This document shows positions 19,563 through 31,236 of a stretch of DNA of 64,000 nt, one piece after another. The notes beneath the pieces were generated by a model that was given only the letters and a program-made list of their open reading frames with translations, did no database searches and was not told the DNA's origin. The number at the start of each line of letters is the position of its first letter. Position 1 is the stretch's first letter. The translations under genes were made by a program, and so were the position numbers. The DNA is taken from contig JAPYNQ010000081.1 in NCBI GenBank assembly GCA_028289815.1, positions 24,577 to 88,576 on the forward strand, written 5' to 3'. This DNA is from Gammaproteobacteria bacterium. GTDB lineage: Bacteria; Pseudomonadota; Gammaproteobacteria; JAJDYQ01.

Positions 19563-19582
19563 AGCTGTATAATACTACAGTA
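19563..19582. promoter_or_regulatory. LexA (SOS) box-like palindrome CTGT-N8-ACAG
   Basis: AGCTGTATAATACTACAGTA matches the gammaproteobacterial consensus TACTGTATATATATACAGTA at 14 of 20 positions, including the whole CTGT/ACAG core. It lies about 80-95 nt upstream of the comEA ATG and overlaps a TATAAT hexamer. Confidence 0.4.
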
Positions 19583-19837
19583 TAAAATAATTGGCTTTTG
19601 GGCTTGGTATTGATGGCTTTCCCATAGCTATTCGGGCTGGCTATGAAGCTGTTCCGGTTACTATCTGAATGATTACGGGTTATTCCCATTAGGAGTTGGC
19701 AATCAGATTATCTTGATAAGACCAACGACAATTCCATGAAGCACAATAATGTTGGCAGGTTTTTTTGTGTTTTTGCAGCGAATTACTTTAGTGGAACCTG
19801 CAATGGGTGGTCAGGTGTTATAGTATTGGCTCTCCCT

Positions 19838-19863
19838 AAAAAACGGGGCTGTGAAGCCCCGTT
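19838..19863 (-). terminator. Rho-independent terminator of the porin gene
   Basis: On the minus strand: AACGGGGCT-TCAC-AGCCCCGTT followed by TTTTTT, 30 nt after the porin stop. Confidence 0.7.
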
Positions 19864-19892
19864 TTCGTCGTCCGTCAGATGAAAAATCAACC

Positions 19893-21230
19893 TCAGAACT
19901 TGTGGCGTGTGCCGATTACCCAACCGGTGATTTCATCATTCCTACTATTGGAGTAATCGTAGTCATTGTCCATGTAGCCGCCGTAGACATGGGTGCGCTT
20001 GGAAAAGTCATGCTTCACGCCAATGGCCCAATGTCTGCCATCAACATTGTATTCATCCTGGCCACTGTTAACATCTTCCCATTCGGTGTCCGCAAAGTGA
20101 CCCATAAGGCTGGTGCTACCCATGACTTTGTAGGTCATGCTGACATACAGCGATTTGTATCTTTCAGCGCTGTTTCCGCCTTCCAAACCAACAAGTGTGC
20201 TGGCACCATCGCCTCGCCGCGCGGTAATATCCTCTGCATCGGCCTTGATTCGCTCATACTGCGCACGGAGAGAGAAATCACCGACATTGTATTTGCCGTG
20301 CAGTTTGAGCGCACTGAGATCGCCATCATTTTTTTGAGGTTCAGAACCCGTCGTGTTGACCGTTATGTTCCCTGTTGTTGTTAGGGTAGTGGTAACGCCA
20401 GGACTAAGCGTCACAGATCCTCCATCGGGTACTGTGACTGTAGGAGTTGGACCACGGTTAACCGGAGCAAAAACATCAGTAGTACCGCCATTTGTGATAG
20501 TAGTGACCCTGCGGTCCGGGGTATATTGGTGGTAAGAGAAATCCATATAAGCCAGACCCACTTCCCAGTCTTTCTCACCGTATTTGACGTTGCCTGTCCA
20601 AGAACCGCTATCAACCGTATTCAGCCCTCTTGTATCGCCACCGGATTGAGGGGTATCTTCGCTGAAAGCATCTTCCCACTTGACCTCAATACCCGCGCTC
20701 AGGCCGCCAGAGTTGAAGCCGACACGTGCCACATCGTTGATAAAGCCGTTATGGCCACCGGATGTGCCGCCGTTGGCACGCGATTGCAGACCTGTGGCAA
20801 GGAAGGGGTCATAGCGGAGTGAGGCGGTCTTGTACAGGGCATTCATGCGACCGAATTGTACATGCCAGCCATCGCCCTTGAAGCCTACATAGCGGTCCCG
20901 TGCGGTAATGGCACCCGAACTTTCTCCGCCTCTGCTGGCAAGGGTATCACCGTCAAAGGTGGAAAAGGCGTTGTTGAACATGAAATAGGCAGTCAGGCCA
21001 TTCCCCAGTTTTTCATCGCCCTTGAGGCCGAAGGCATTGGGACCACCGCCCTTGATGGAACCAAGGACATTATCGGTACGTACATAGTCAACATCGGTAT
21101 TGGTATTGCCACTCCTTTCTAGACCACCGGTTTCGGCTTGGATGGCACCAAAGACTTTGATGTCTGCCGCGGCCAGTCCCGGTGCCATCAGGCCCGTGGC
21201 AATCGCTGTTGCCAGAATTTGCTTGTTCAT
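19893..21230 (-). CDS. Outer-membrane general porin (Gram-negative porin family)
   Basis: 445-aa ORF with a signal peptide (MNKQILATAIATGLMAPGLAAA), alternating beta-strand pattern, abundant G/Y/D/N, and a C-terminal aromatic residue (GTRHKF). Confidence 0.85.
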   Translation of the reverse strand: MNKQILATAIATGLMAPGLAAADIKVFGAIQAETGGLERSGNTNTDVDYVRTDNVLGSIKGGGPNAFGLKGDEKLGNGLTAYFMFNNAFSTFDGDTLASRGGESSGAITARDRYVGFKGDGWHVQFGRMNALYKTASLRYDPFLATGLQSRANGGTSGGHNGFINDVARVGFNSGGLSAGIEVKWEDAFSEDTPQSGGDTRGLNTVDSGSWTGNVKYGEKDWEVGLAYMDFSYHQYTPDRRVTTITNGGTTDVFAPVNRGPTPTVTVPDGGSVTLSPGVTTTLTTTGNITVNTTGSEPQKNDGDLSALKLHGKYNVGDFSLRAQYERIKADAEDITARRGDGASTLVGLEGGNSAERYKSLYVSMTYKVMGSTSLMGHFADTEWEDVNSGQDEYNVDGRHWAIGVKHDFSKRTHVYGGYMDNDYDYSNSRNDEITGWVIGTRHKF

Positions 21231-21295
21231 TACTTTCTTCCCCGAAAGAAACAGTTAAAAAAGGTAGGTTACATAGTCTTGTTGGTAACCTATTT

Positions 21296-21317
21296 AAAGC
21301 CATGCTCTCATGGCTTT
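21296..21317 (-). terminator. Hairpin downstream of the 21469-22215 ORF, within the porin upstream region
   Basis: Perfect 9-bp stem AAAGCCATG-N4-CATGGCTTT followed by an A/T-rich tract. A second long inverted repeat, GCAACATTTTT...AAAAATGTTGC, lies at 21327-21385. Confidence 0.35.
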
Positions 21318-21468
21318 AACTAAAAGGCAACATTTTTTTGAGCTTGCTTGTGAGAAAAACAACGTTATTTTGAGAAAAATGTTGCAGCAAAACGACATTA
21401 AAGGCGATTTAAGTCAGAATTTCTTCTGAATCAGAATACCAATCTTCTCCTGCCGCTGTGCATATGAT

Positions 21469-22215
21469 TTATTGCCGTTTGCTGATGTGGTACTCGACTT
21501 CGCTCATCGCAGCCTGATCATTCAGGCGGAATCGATGACCATCAATGAGAGGTAGCTCTATGGTGCCTCTGGGTTCCATGGACTGTATTTCCTTCACTTT
21601 TATGGTTGTGCGGTTACTTTCTACTGCCACTGTGGCGCCTAGGCGTTTGGCGCGCTCAAGCGCAGACAGCTTGCCTCGTTCCAGCCAGACATCGGCAAGT
21701 TGGTGGGTTGTACTGCATTCATATATCATGGCAATAAAGTTGCCGATATATTCGATGCCGGGTTCTAGGGTGATATGGTTATTGATAACTTTTCCGGCAA
21801 CGGGAAAGCCTTCATAACGCATATGCGGCGTTTCCATGATGTTGAGTCCGCGATCCAGATAGCTGCCTTTGAGCATTTTACAGGAGAACATCTGTTCCGG
21901 TCTGGAGTAGGGTTCGGGCGGACCGAGCAGCTTGCCTTTTCCGCTGCCGACATCAAACTGGCCTCCCCTGATATGTATTTCCATATCAATTTCCCAGCGT
22001 TGTTTCAGCCCGGCTGTCAATGTGCGTGTGCCATAAAAAAAGAGATTGGTGCCGGTTATTTTGATATGCCACTCACCGTCGGCAGATGTGGCAGACGCGA
22101 TTGAGGTAAACAGTAGCTGTCCTAGGCAAACAGCGAGGCCTAAAAAAAGCCGGTACCGATCACTGCATGATCGATATCGATTGGTGCTACTTTGTAAAAA
22201 TCTATATGACACCAT
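21469..22215 (-). CDS. Hypothetical secreted protein
   Basis: Long ORF. I trimmed the start to Met41 (22215) because the track ORF overlaps the trxB stop. A signal-peptide-like segment is present (RLFLGLAVCLGQLLFTSIASATSA). I recognise no family motif. Confidence 0.5.
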   Translation of the reverse strand: MVSYRFLQSSTNRYRSCSDRYRLFLGLAVCLGQLLFTSIASATSADGEWHIKITGTNLFFYGTRTLTAGLKQRWEIDMEIHIRGGQFDVGSGKGKLLGPPEPYSRPEQMFSCKMLKGSYLDRGLNIMETPHMRYEGFPVAGKVINNHITLEPGIEYIGNFIAMIYECSTTHQLADVWLERGKLSALERAKRLGATVAVESNRTTIKVKEIQSMEPRGTIELPLIDGHRFRLNDQAAMSEVEYHISKRQ

Positions 22216-22331
22216 GGTAACGTTCCGCGCTGCCCGGCATGCTCGTGTACTATGCACAGGCTGTTCCTGCGTGCTGTGTTCCGGAATCACGTACCATGTT
22301 TTTGAGGTTCCCCTATGTCCATTGGTGCGAA

Positions 22332-23378
<1,047 letters not shown>

Positions 23379-23436
23379 TCAATATGAGGCAAACCAAGGA
23401 CCGAATCAAGGTGGCAATTGTTGAGGATGAGGATTG

Positions 23437-24507
23437 ATGATTATAGGAATACCGAAAGAAATTCGCGCACATGAAGGGCGTGTTGCCCTGACGCCGGCGG
23501 CCTGTGCTAGGCTCGTCAGCGAAGGTAATAAAGTCTGTGTTGAGTCAATGGCAGGCTTGGGTAGCGGCTATCAGGATACTGAATATGCTGATGTCGGCGT
23601 GGATGTTATTCCTAGCGCTGAGGGGCTCTACAAAGCTTCCGATCTGATTGTTAAGGTCAAAGAACCGCAATTTGAGGAGGTACCTCGCCTGCAAAGTGGT
23701 CAGCTACTGTTTTGCTATTTGCATCTGGCTGCCGAGCAGGAGCTAACGAATCATCTACTCAAATCCGGGGTTACCGCAGTTGGCTTTGAAGTCATACAGC
23801 TGGCAGACGGCAGGTTGCCGTTGCTGGCACCGATGAGCATAATCGCAGGGCGGCTTGCGGCGCACATCGGTACTGTTTTGCTGCACGGACATAGCGGCGG
23901 CAAGGGGCTTCTGCTGGGTGCCTTGGGGTTCGACGATAAATACATGGACCGCGGCAATGTTATTGTGCTGGGTGCCGGCAATGCTGGTGAGGTGGCCATG
24001 TCGGAGCTCCTCAGGACAGGTGCCAACGTATATGTGTTCGATATCAATATGGAGCGTTTGCGGGCTCTCAAGGCCACATATCCCGCGATCATTACTTGTG
24101 ATGCCAAATCATCCGATCTTCTCAGAGAGCACCTGCAGTATTGCGATCTGTTGGTAGGGGCTGTTCTGGTGCCGGGCAGACGTTCACCCAAGGTGGTTTC
24201 CCATAAAATGGTGGCTGAAATGCCGAAGAAATCGGTGATAGTAGATATTGCGATAGATCAGGGCGGTTGTGTGGCAACATCATGTCCGACTCATTGGGAT
24301 GATCCCACCTTTGTCGAAGAGGATATACTTCATTTTTGCGTTACCAACATGCCGGGAGCTGTTGCCAGAACCTCAACTCAGGCACTTTCTGTTGCTATCC
24401 TTCCATATGTCTCCGCTATTGCCGCAGGTAGATTAATGCAGGACCCTGTTTTACAGGGGGGTATCTATCTGTCCGGAGGTGAAATAAAATACAGCGGTTT
24501 GAGTTGA
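23437..24507 (+). CDS. ald: Alanine dehydrogenase family protein
   Basis: MIIGIPKEIRAHEGRVALTP N-terminus and VIVLGAGNAGEVA Rossmann motif. The C-terminal HFCVTNMPGAVARTST is typical of Ald. SD GAGGATGAGGA lies upstream. Confidence 0.88.
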   Translation: MIIGIPKEIRAHEGRVALTPAACARLVSEGNKVCVESMAGLGSGYQDTEYADVGVDVIPSAEGLYKASDLIVKVKEPQFEEVPRLQSGQLLFCYLHLAAEQELTNHLLKSGVTAVGFEVIQLADGRLPLLAPMSIIAGRLAAHIGTVLLHGHSGGKGLLLGALGFDDKYMDRGNVIVLGAGNAGEVAMSELLRTGANVYVFDINMERLRALKATYPAIITCDAKSSDLLREHLQYCDLLVGAVLVPGRRSPKVVSHKMVAEMPKKSVIVDIAIDQGGCVATSCPTHWDDPTFVEEDILHFCVTNMPGAVARTSTQALSVAILPYVSAIAAGRLMQDPVLQGGIYLSGGEIKYSGLS

Positions 24508-24546
24508 GTTGTTTTCATAGAGATATTCCCATAAAAACGATTAAGG

Positions 24547-24573
24547 AAGCTCCGCTTAAGTCGGAGTTTCTTT
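24547..24573 (+). terminator. Weak terminator-like hairpin after ald
   Basis: AAGCTCCG-CTTAAGT-CGGAGTTT followed by CTTT. It overlaps the TTG start that the ORF track proposes for ftsK. Confidence 0.4.
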
Positions 24574-26929
24574 GGTATCTATCGGCAATACGTTGGCACA
24601 GACACAGGAAAACAGACAAACGAGCAGCACGGTGCCCGCCTACGTGGTGCGTGTGTTAAAAGAGAGTGTCTTCATGTTGTTGGTAGTTTGCGCCATATAT
24701 GGTTTGGTATCTCTGTCAACCTATGATCGGATGGATCCGGATTGGTGGTCATTTCAGGATAGTGATCCTGATGCAGTCCGCAATTATGGAGGTGTCTTTG
24801 GAGCATGGCTTTCCGATCTGCTGCTGTTTACCTTTGGATTTCTCGCCTACCTGTTTCCTGTCGTGCTTATCTACATTGGCTGGTTGATTCATAACTGGCA
24901 ATTTGATTTCGGGCGGCTGGCTCTGTATGCGTTATTACCGCGTGCGACGGGCTTTTTACTGATTATGCTGACGGGTACAGGTCTGGCCGCCATGCACTTC
25001 TTTGGAGAAGCTCTACCGCAGCAGGCAGGTGGAGTCGCTGGGCAGGTGATTAGTGGTTTTCTGGTCGGTTCCATAGGTTTTCTGGGGGCAACGCTATTGT
25101 TACTGGCGCTCTTCATGACCTCAATAAGCCTGATTACGGCCGTGTCTTGGTTGACAGTTATGGATATTATCGGTTTATACACGCTACGATTTTATGGCTG
25201 GTTACATGGACGATTTGAGATTTGGAAAGACCAACGCGAGGGTGACAGAGTCAGGATTGAACGCTATGAGAAGGTCGAAATTGTAAAAAGGCAGATGCAA
25301 GATAAAAAGCCACCGGAAATCAGATCAAAACCTCCTCCGGCGCAAACCGGTTGCCAAATTGAAAAGGAAAAACAGGTTCGGTTGTTCAAAACTCCGGAAG
25401 ATTCAGGAGAGACGCCGCCTTTCTCTCTGCTGGATGACCCTAAACCTTTTGACGGCGGTTATTCCGAAGAGGCACTTGCGGCGATGTCGCAGCTGGTTGA
25501 GATGAAATTCAGAGACTTCAATATTGAGGTGACTGTTGATGCTGTACTGCCGGGTCCGGTGATTACCCGTTTTGAGCTAATGCCTGCGCCCGGTTTGAAG
25601 GTTAGCAAGGTAACCAATCTGACTAAGGACATCGCGCGTGCGTTATCCGTGCCAAGTGTCCGCGTGGTTGAGGTGATTCCCGGTAAGCCTGTTATTGGGC
25701 TCGAGATACCCAACGAAAACCGGGAAACAGTGGTATTTAGTGCAGTGATCAAGTCCCAGGACTACGAAAAGTCCGGGTCGCCGTTAACGCTTGCCTTGGG
25801 GAAAGACATTTCTGGCCTGCCCGTGATTGCCGACCTTGCTAGGATGCCGCACCTGCTGGTGGCGGGGACCACCGGTTCCGGCAAGTCAGTGGCCGTCAAT
25901 GCCATGGTACTGAGCTTACTTTATAAAAGTATCGCAGCAGATGTGCGCATGATTATGATTGACCCCAAGATGCTCGAGCTATCCATCTATGAGGGTATTC
26001 CGCACTTGTTGACTCCCGTGGTCACCGACATGAAAGATGCTTCCAATGCGTTGCGCTGGTGTGTTGCCGAGATGGAGCGTCGCTACCAGCTCATGGCAGC
26101 GCTGGGTGTGCGCAATATCAGTGGTTACAATCGCAAGGTGAAAGATGCGGTGGCAAAGGGAGAACCGCTCATGACCCCGATCTGGAAGCCAACAGAAGCG
26201 CAACTGGAAATTGAAGAAGCCATGGATGAAGCAAGGCCATATCTTCAGACGCTGCCATTTATTGTTGTGATCGTTGATGAATTTGCCGATATGATGATGA
26301 TCGTCGGCAAAAAAGTGGAGGAATTGATTGCCCGTCTGGCTCAAAAGGCGCGGGCTTCCGGTATCCACTTGATTCTGGCGACACAGCGACCGTCAGTGGA
26401 TGTGATTACCGGTTTGATTAAGGCCAATATTCCATCCCGTATTGCCTTCCAGGTTTCATCCAGAGTGGATTCACGTACTATCCTTGATCAAATGGGTGCT
26501 GACCAGTTACTGGGTCACGGTGACATGCTTTATCTGCCGGGTGGCACATCCATTCCGGTACGGGTGCATGGTGCATTCGTATCTGATGGAGAAGTCCATA
26601 ATGTAGTCGGCCATCTGAAGGCTTCTGGCGATATCGATTATAATGATTCCATTTTGCAGGGAAGCGATGTACTGCTGCCCGGAGAAAAACCCGAGGGTGT
26701 CAGCCTAGATGGAGAAGATGCCGAATCCGACCCGCTCTACGATCAGGCAGTTCAATTTGTCATTGAATCACGTCGGGCATCTATTTCCAGTGTACAGCGT
26801 AAGCTGAAAGTTGGCTATAACCGCGCCGCTCGCATGATTGAGCAAATGGAAGCGGTTGGTTTGGTTGGGCCGCCCGGCTCTAATGGTGCCAGAGAGATAC
26901 TGGTTCCTGAGCAAAATGGCCAGCTATAA
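24572..26929 (+). CDS. ftsK: DNA translocase FtsK
   Basis: 785-aa ORF with N-terminal TM helices, a linker, a Walker A (GTTGSGKSV), [12 protein letters not shown], and a C-terminal gamma winged-helix ([24 protein letters not shown]). The start is uncertain: the GTG at 24632 or the ATG at 24674 are alternatives. Confidence 0.93.
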   Translation: MVSIGNTLAQTQENRQTSSTVPAYVVRVLKESVFMLLVVCAIYGLVSLSTYDRMDPDWWSFQDSDPDAVRNYGGVFGAWLSDLLLFTFGFLAYLFPVVLIYIGWLIHNWQFDFGRLALYALLPRATGFLLIMLTGTGLAAMHFFGEALPQQAGGVAGQVISGFLVGSIGFLGATLLLLALFMTSISLITAVSWLTVMDIIGLYTLRFYGWLHGRFEIWKDQREGDRVRIERYEKVEIVKRQMQDKKPPEIRSKPPPAQTGCQIEKEKQVRLFKTPEDSGETPPFSLLDDPKPFDGGYSEEALAAMSQLVEMKFRDFNIEVTVDAVLPGPVITRFELMPAPGLKVSKVTNLTKDIARALSVPSVRVVEVIPGKPVIGLEIPNENRETVVFSAVIKSQDYEKSGSPLTLALGKDISGLPVIADLARMPHLLVAGTTGSGKSVAVNAMVLSLLYKSIAADVRMIMIDPKMLELSIYEGIPHLLTPVVTDMKDASNALRWCVAEMERRYQLMAALGVRNISGYNRKVKDAVAKGEPLMTPIWKPTEAQLEIEEAMDEARPYLQTLPFIVVIVDEFADMMMIVGKKVEELIARLAQKARASGIHLILATQRPSVDVITGLIKANIPSRIAFQVSSRVDSRTILDQMGADQLLGHGDMLYLPGGTSIPVRVHGAFVSDGEVHNVVGHLKASGDIDYNDSILQGSDVLLPGEKPEGVSLDGEDAESDPLYDQAVQFVIESRRASISSVQRKLKVGYNRAARMIEQMEAVGLVGPPGSNGAREILVPEQNGQL

Positions 26930-27545
26930 ATATCTGTTTTTATTCGTATTGCTGCTGTTTGTGTCCGGTAGTCAGGCCACCTCCGGTGGCGTTGATGAAT
27001 TGGTAGAAAACTTGGAGGGCTTGAGTTCTTTTTCAGCGGATTTCAGTCAGCGCCTGAGCGGTGCTGAGACTGTCGCTGGAGAACCATCTCAAGGACGCAT
27101 GATCTTTAAGCGACCCGGAAAGTTTCGCTGGATTTATGAGGCACCATATGAGCAGGAAATTGTTTCAGACGGAGAAACCCTGTGGGTTTTTGACAGGGAC
27201 CTAGAACAGGTCACTATACACCCTATTGATAGGGAGTCGGTCCGCTCCCCGCTAACCATCTTTGATAACCCTGCTTCAATCCCGGCACTCTATGAAGTTG
27301 AACTGCTTGCTGGCAAAGCTGGAGAGCGGCCCGTCAAGCTGATACCAAAGTATAGCGATGCCGGCTTTAAGTATGTGGTACTGATTTTTTCCGGGCAAAA
27401 ACCGGTTGCGATGGAGATTTTTGATAACTTTGAACAGCAAAACAGCCTTTCATTTCATAACATTAAAATGAACTTCAATCCCGACGAAGCCCAATTCAAT
27501 TTTATCCTGCCCGCTGGCATTGATGTGATTCATGCAACAGAATAG
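26916..27545 (+). CDS. lolA: Outer-membrane lipoprotein carrier protein LolA
   Basis: Signal peptide [21 protein letters not shown], followed by a LolA-like FSADFSQ...[13 protein letters not shown]...LWVFD pattern. Position after ftsK matches E. coli. Confidence 0.88.
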   Translation: MASYKYLFLFVLLLFVSGSQATSGGVDELVENLEGLSSFSADFSQRLSGAETVAGEPSQGRMIFKRPGKFRWIYEAPYEQEIVSDGETLWVFDRDLEQVTIHPIDRESVRSPLTIFDNPASIPALYEVELLAGKAGERPVKLIPKYSDAGFKYVVLIFSGQKPVAMEIFDNFEQQNSLSFHNIKMNFNPDEAQFNFILPAGIDVIHATE

Positions 27546-28911
27546 CCTGATTGACGAGCCTGAGTCGGTCACACATCAGCAATCGGGGCTAGATACACGA
27601 CCGCTGGCTGACCGTCTTCGCCCGGAACGTCTGGAGCACGTATATGGGCAGCAGCATCTGCTTGCCGAGGGCAAGCCTCTTCGGCAGGCTATAGAAGAGG
27701 AAAAGCTACACTCCATGGTATTGTGGGGGCCGCCCGGCACCGGCAAGACAACGCTGGCGCGTCTCATGGCAAACCATGGTAACGCCCGATTTGTGTCAAT
27801 CTCTGCGGTACTTGATGGCATTAAGGAAATACGCCGTGCGGTGGAACAGGCACAACAGGCACTGACACACCTGCAAAGCACCGTAGTCTTCGTTGACGAG
27901 GTGCACCGATTTAATAAAGCGCAACAGGACGCATTCCTACCACACGTTGAGAATGGTCTGATTTACTTTATAGGAGCAACAACTGAAAATCCATCCTTTC
28001 AATTGAACAACGCTTTGCTGTCACGCACCCGCACCTACGTACTTAAGACACTGGATGACCATGCCGTCGAGCATGTTATACGGCGTGCCCTCAAGGACGA
28101 AAAAGGGCTACTGGATTTGGATATTGAGATATCCGAAGACCAAATTGTACAGCTGGCCGGATTTGCTGACGGAGACGCAAGAAGGGCGCTCAACCTGCTT
28201 GAATTGGCTGTCGATATTTGCCGTTTGAATGAAGAAGAAAAATATATTATTTCCGATGAAGTCCTAGGCAACGTTATATCAGGCAGTCTCAGGAGGTTCG
28301 ATAAAGGCAGCGATGCCTTTTATGACCAGATATCTGCCCTGCATAAGTCCGTGCGCGGTTCCAGCCCGGATGCCGCGCTATACTGGTTTACCCGTATGAT
28401 TGACGGTGGTTGCGACCCGCTCTACATCATGCGTCGCGCTGTACGCATGGCCAGTGAAGATGTTGGTAATGCCGACCCCCGCGCCTTGAGAGTGGCGCTG
28501 GATGCCTGGGAGACCTACGAACGATTAGGCAGCCCGGAAGGTGAGCTGGCGATTGCGCAGGCGATTGCTTACATGGCCTGTGCGCCAAAGAGCAATGCGG
28601 TTTATATGGCATATAAAGCCGCCATGCAGGATGTGAAGGCTGGCGGCAGCCTGCCCGTGCCGATTCACCTATGCAATGCCCCGACCGCACTGATGAAAGA
28701 GCTGGGTTATGGTCGGGATTATCGCTATGCGCACGATGAACCTGAAGCTTATGCGGCAGGTGAGCAGTACTTCCCTGATGCCATGTCACCGCGTGAATAC
28801 TATCGGCCGGTAAATCAAGGTCTGGAGATCAGGATCGGGGAAAAACTAAAGCATCTGCGAGAGTTGGATATGCTATATGTAGAGCAAGCAAAGCGGGAAG
28901 CGCAAACATGA
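27532..28911 (+). CDS. rarA: Replication-associated recombination protein A (AAA+ ATPase)
   Basis: 459-aa ORF with Walker A GPPGTGKTT, Walker B VFVDEVHRFNK, and the MgsA C-terminal domain (DAFYDQISALHKSVRGSSPDAALYW). Confidence 0.93.
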   Translation: MQQNSLIDEPESVTHQQSGLDTRPLADRLRPERLEHVYGQQHLLAEGKPLRQAIEEEKLHSMVLWGPPGTGKTTLARLMANHGNARFVSISAVLDGIKEIRRAVEQAQQALTHLQSTVVFVDEVHRFNKAQQDAFLPHVENGLIYFIGATTENPSFQLNNALLSRTRTYVLKTLDDHAVEHVIRRALKDEKGLLDLDIEISEDQIVQLAGFADGDARRALNLLELAVDICRLNEEEKYIISDEVLGNVISGSLRRFDKGSDAFYDQISALHKSVRGSSPDAALYWFTRMIDGGCDPLYIMRRAVRMASEDVGNADPRALRVALDAWETYERLGSPEGELAIAQAIAYMACAPKSNAVYMAYKAAMQDVKAGGSLPVPIHLCNAPTALMKELGYGRDYRYAHDEPEAYAAGEQYFPDAMSPREYYRPVNQGLEIRIGEKLKHLRELDMLYVEQAKREAQT

Positions 28912-29282
28912 TGCAGATACTGACCATGGCAGGTGGTGGTGCGCTCGGTACACTGCTGCGCTTCTACCTGTCAGCTGGTATCCACACCTTATTGGGTAAG
29001 GCATTTCCCTATGGTACATTATTTGTCAATGTCAGCGGCAGCCTGCTTATGGGGTTATGCTATGTCCTATTTATGGAGCGGATACAGGTTAATCCGGAAC
29101 TGCGTTTGGCCGTTCTGACCGGTGTGCTCGGTGCATTCACTACTTTTTCCACCTTTTCCATGGAAACATTAAGCTTGATTGAAAGTGGTGAGCTGCCAAA
29201 AGCTGTGCTCAATATCCTGTTTAGCATTGTCTTGTGCGTCGCTGGGGCATGGGCAGGTACCATTCTCGGCAGACAGTTTTGA
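28908..29282 (+). CDS. crcB: Fluoride ion channel CrcB/FluC
   Basis: 124-aa 4-TM ORF with GGALGTLLRF and GAFTTFSTFS motifs. The start overlaps the rarA stop (ATGA). Confidence 0.9.
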   Translation: MMQILTMAGGGALGTLLRFYLSAGIHTLLGKAFPYGTLFVNVSGSLLMGLCYVLFMERIQVNPELRLAVLTGVLGAFTTFSTFSMETLSLIESGELPKAVLNILFSIVLCVAGAWAGTILGRQF

Positions 29283-29406
29283 GCCTGACTGCCGGTACCA
29301 CTGCTGGAATTTTTTGATTTGACTGACTAGAATCGCCGCCGTCGTCTTTGAGTGTCTGTCGGGTTTGGTCAGGGCATATCCCAGTCTGAGATGACATACG
29401 CAATAA

Positions 29407-30699
<1,293 letters not shown>

Positions 30700-30719
30700 G
30701 TGCCACAGAGATGTCCTTG

Positions 30720-30905
30720 CTATTGTACCGACATAATCAGCAGTGATACAAAAAGCACAACCAGCCCGAGCACAAAGACGACATTTGCCCAATCGCCTTT
30801 ATTCGCCTTGGGCCCGTTTTGCGACCAGTATTTATAGGCTGGCCACATGGCAAATAGCATCATGCCAATAGCAATAGCCGCCATAACTTTTAACGCTGTT
30901 TCCAT
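30720..30905 (-). CDS. Small two-TM membrane protein (hypothetical)
   Basis: 61-aa ORF with two clear hydrophobic helices. SD-like GGAGGAAC lies before the ATG. I recognise no family. Confidence 0.4.
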   Translation of the reverse strand: METALKVMAAIAIGMMLFAMWPAYKYWSQNGPKANKGDWANVVFVLGLVVLFVSLLIMSVQ

Positions 30906-31236
30906 TCAGTTCCTCCAATAAACAGAAAATTATCCCGCATATACAAGGATGTATTGCCAGAGTTAATGATTCCGAAATTAAAAAATAAAATCCTTACAAT
31001 CCAAGGTATAAGTAAAAATAGCAGGCCTGAAAATATGCCTGCTGAAATCTGGCGGGAAGGCCAAATCATACTTAAATTTCATCTTGGCAGATATTCTGCT
31101 TTACCATCCCGGTATGATCCCTTAGAAAAACGAATTATACTGCTGACTCCAAGTGCTTCTGTTTATTAAGTTTGGAGACCTGTTGTATTATTGAAGTCAA
31201 CGGTATAACTCCCTATCAATTTTGACCTGAGAATTT

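Noticed and set aside
19851-20384. 177-aa plus-strand ORF overlapping the porin gene and its terminator
   Set aside because: It is antisense to a strongly supported porin ORF, and the reading frame runs through the porin terminator hairpin. A shadow ORF.
28850-28910. Checked for a fluoride riboswitch upstream of crcB
   Set aside because: The crcB start overlaps the rarA stop (ATGA), so there is no leader. The gene is evidently co-translated with rarA.
30954-31169. 71-aa plus-strand ORF in the AT-rich gap between the small membrane protein gene and glcB
   Set aside because: It has a TTG start without an SD and lysine/isoleucine-rich AT-driven composition, with no motif. Insufficient support to call a gene.
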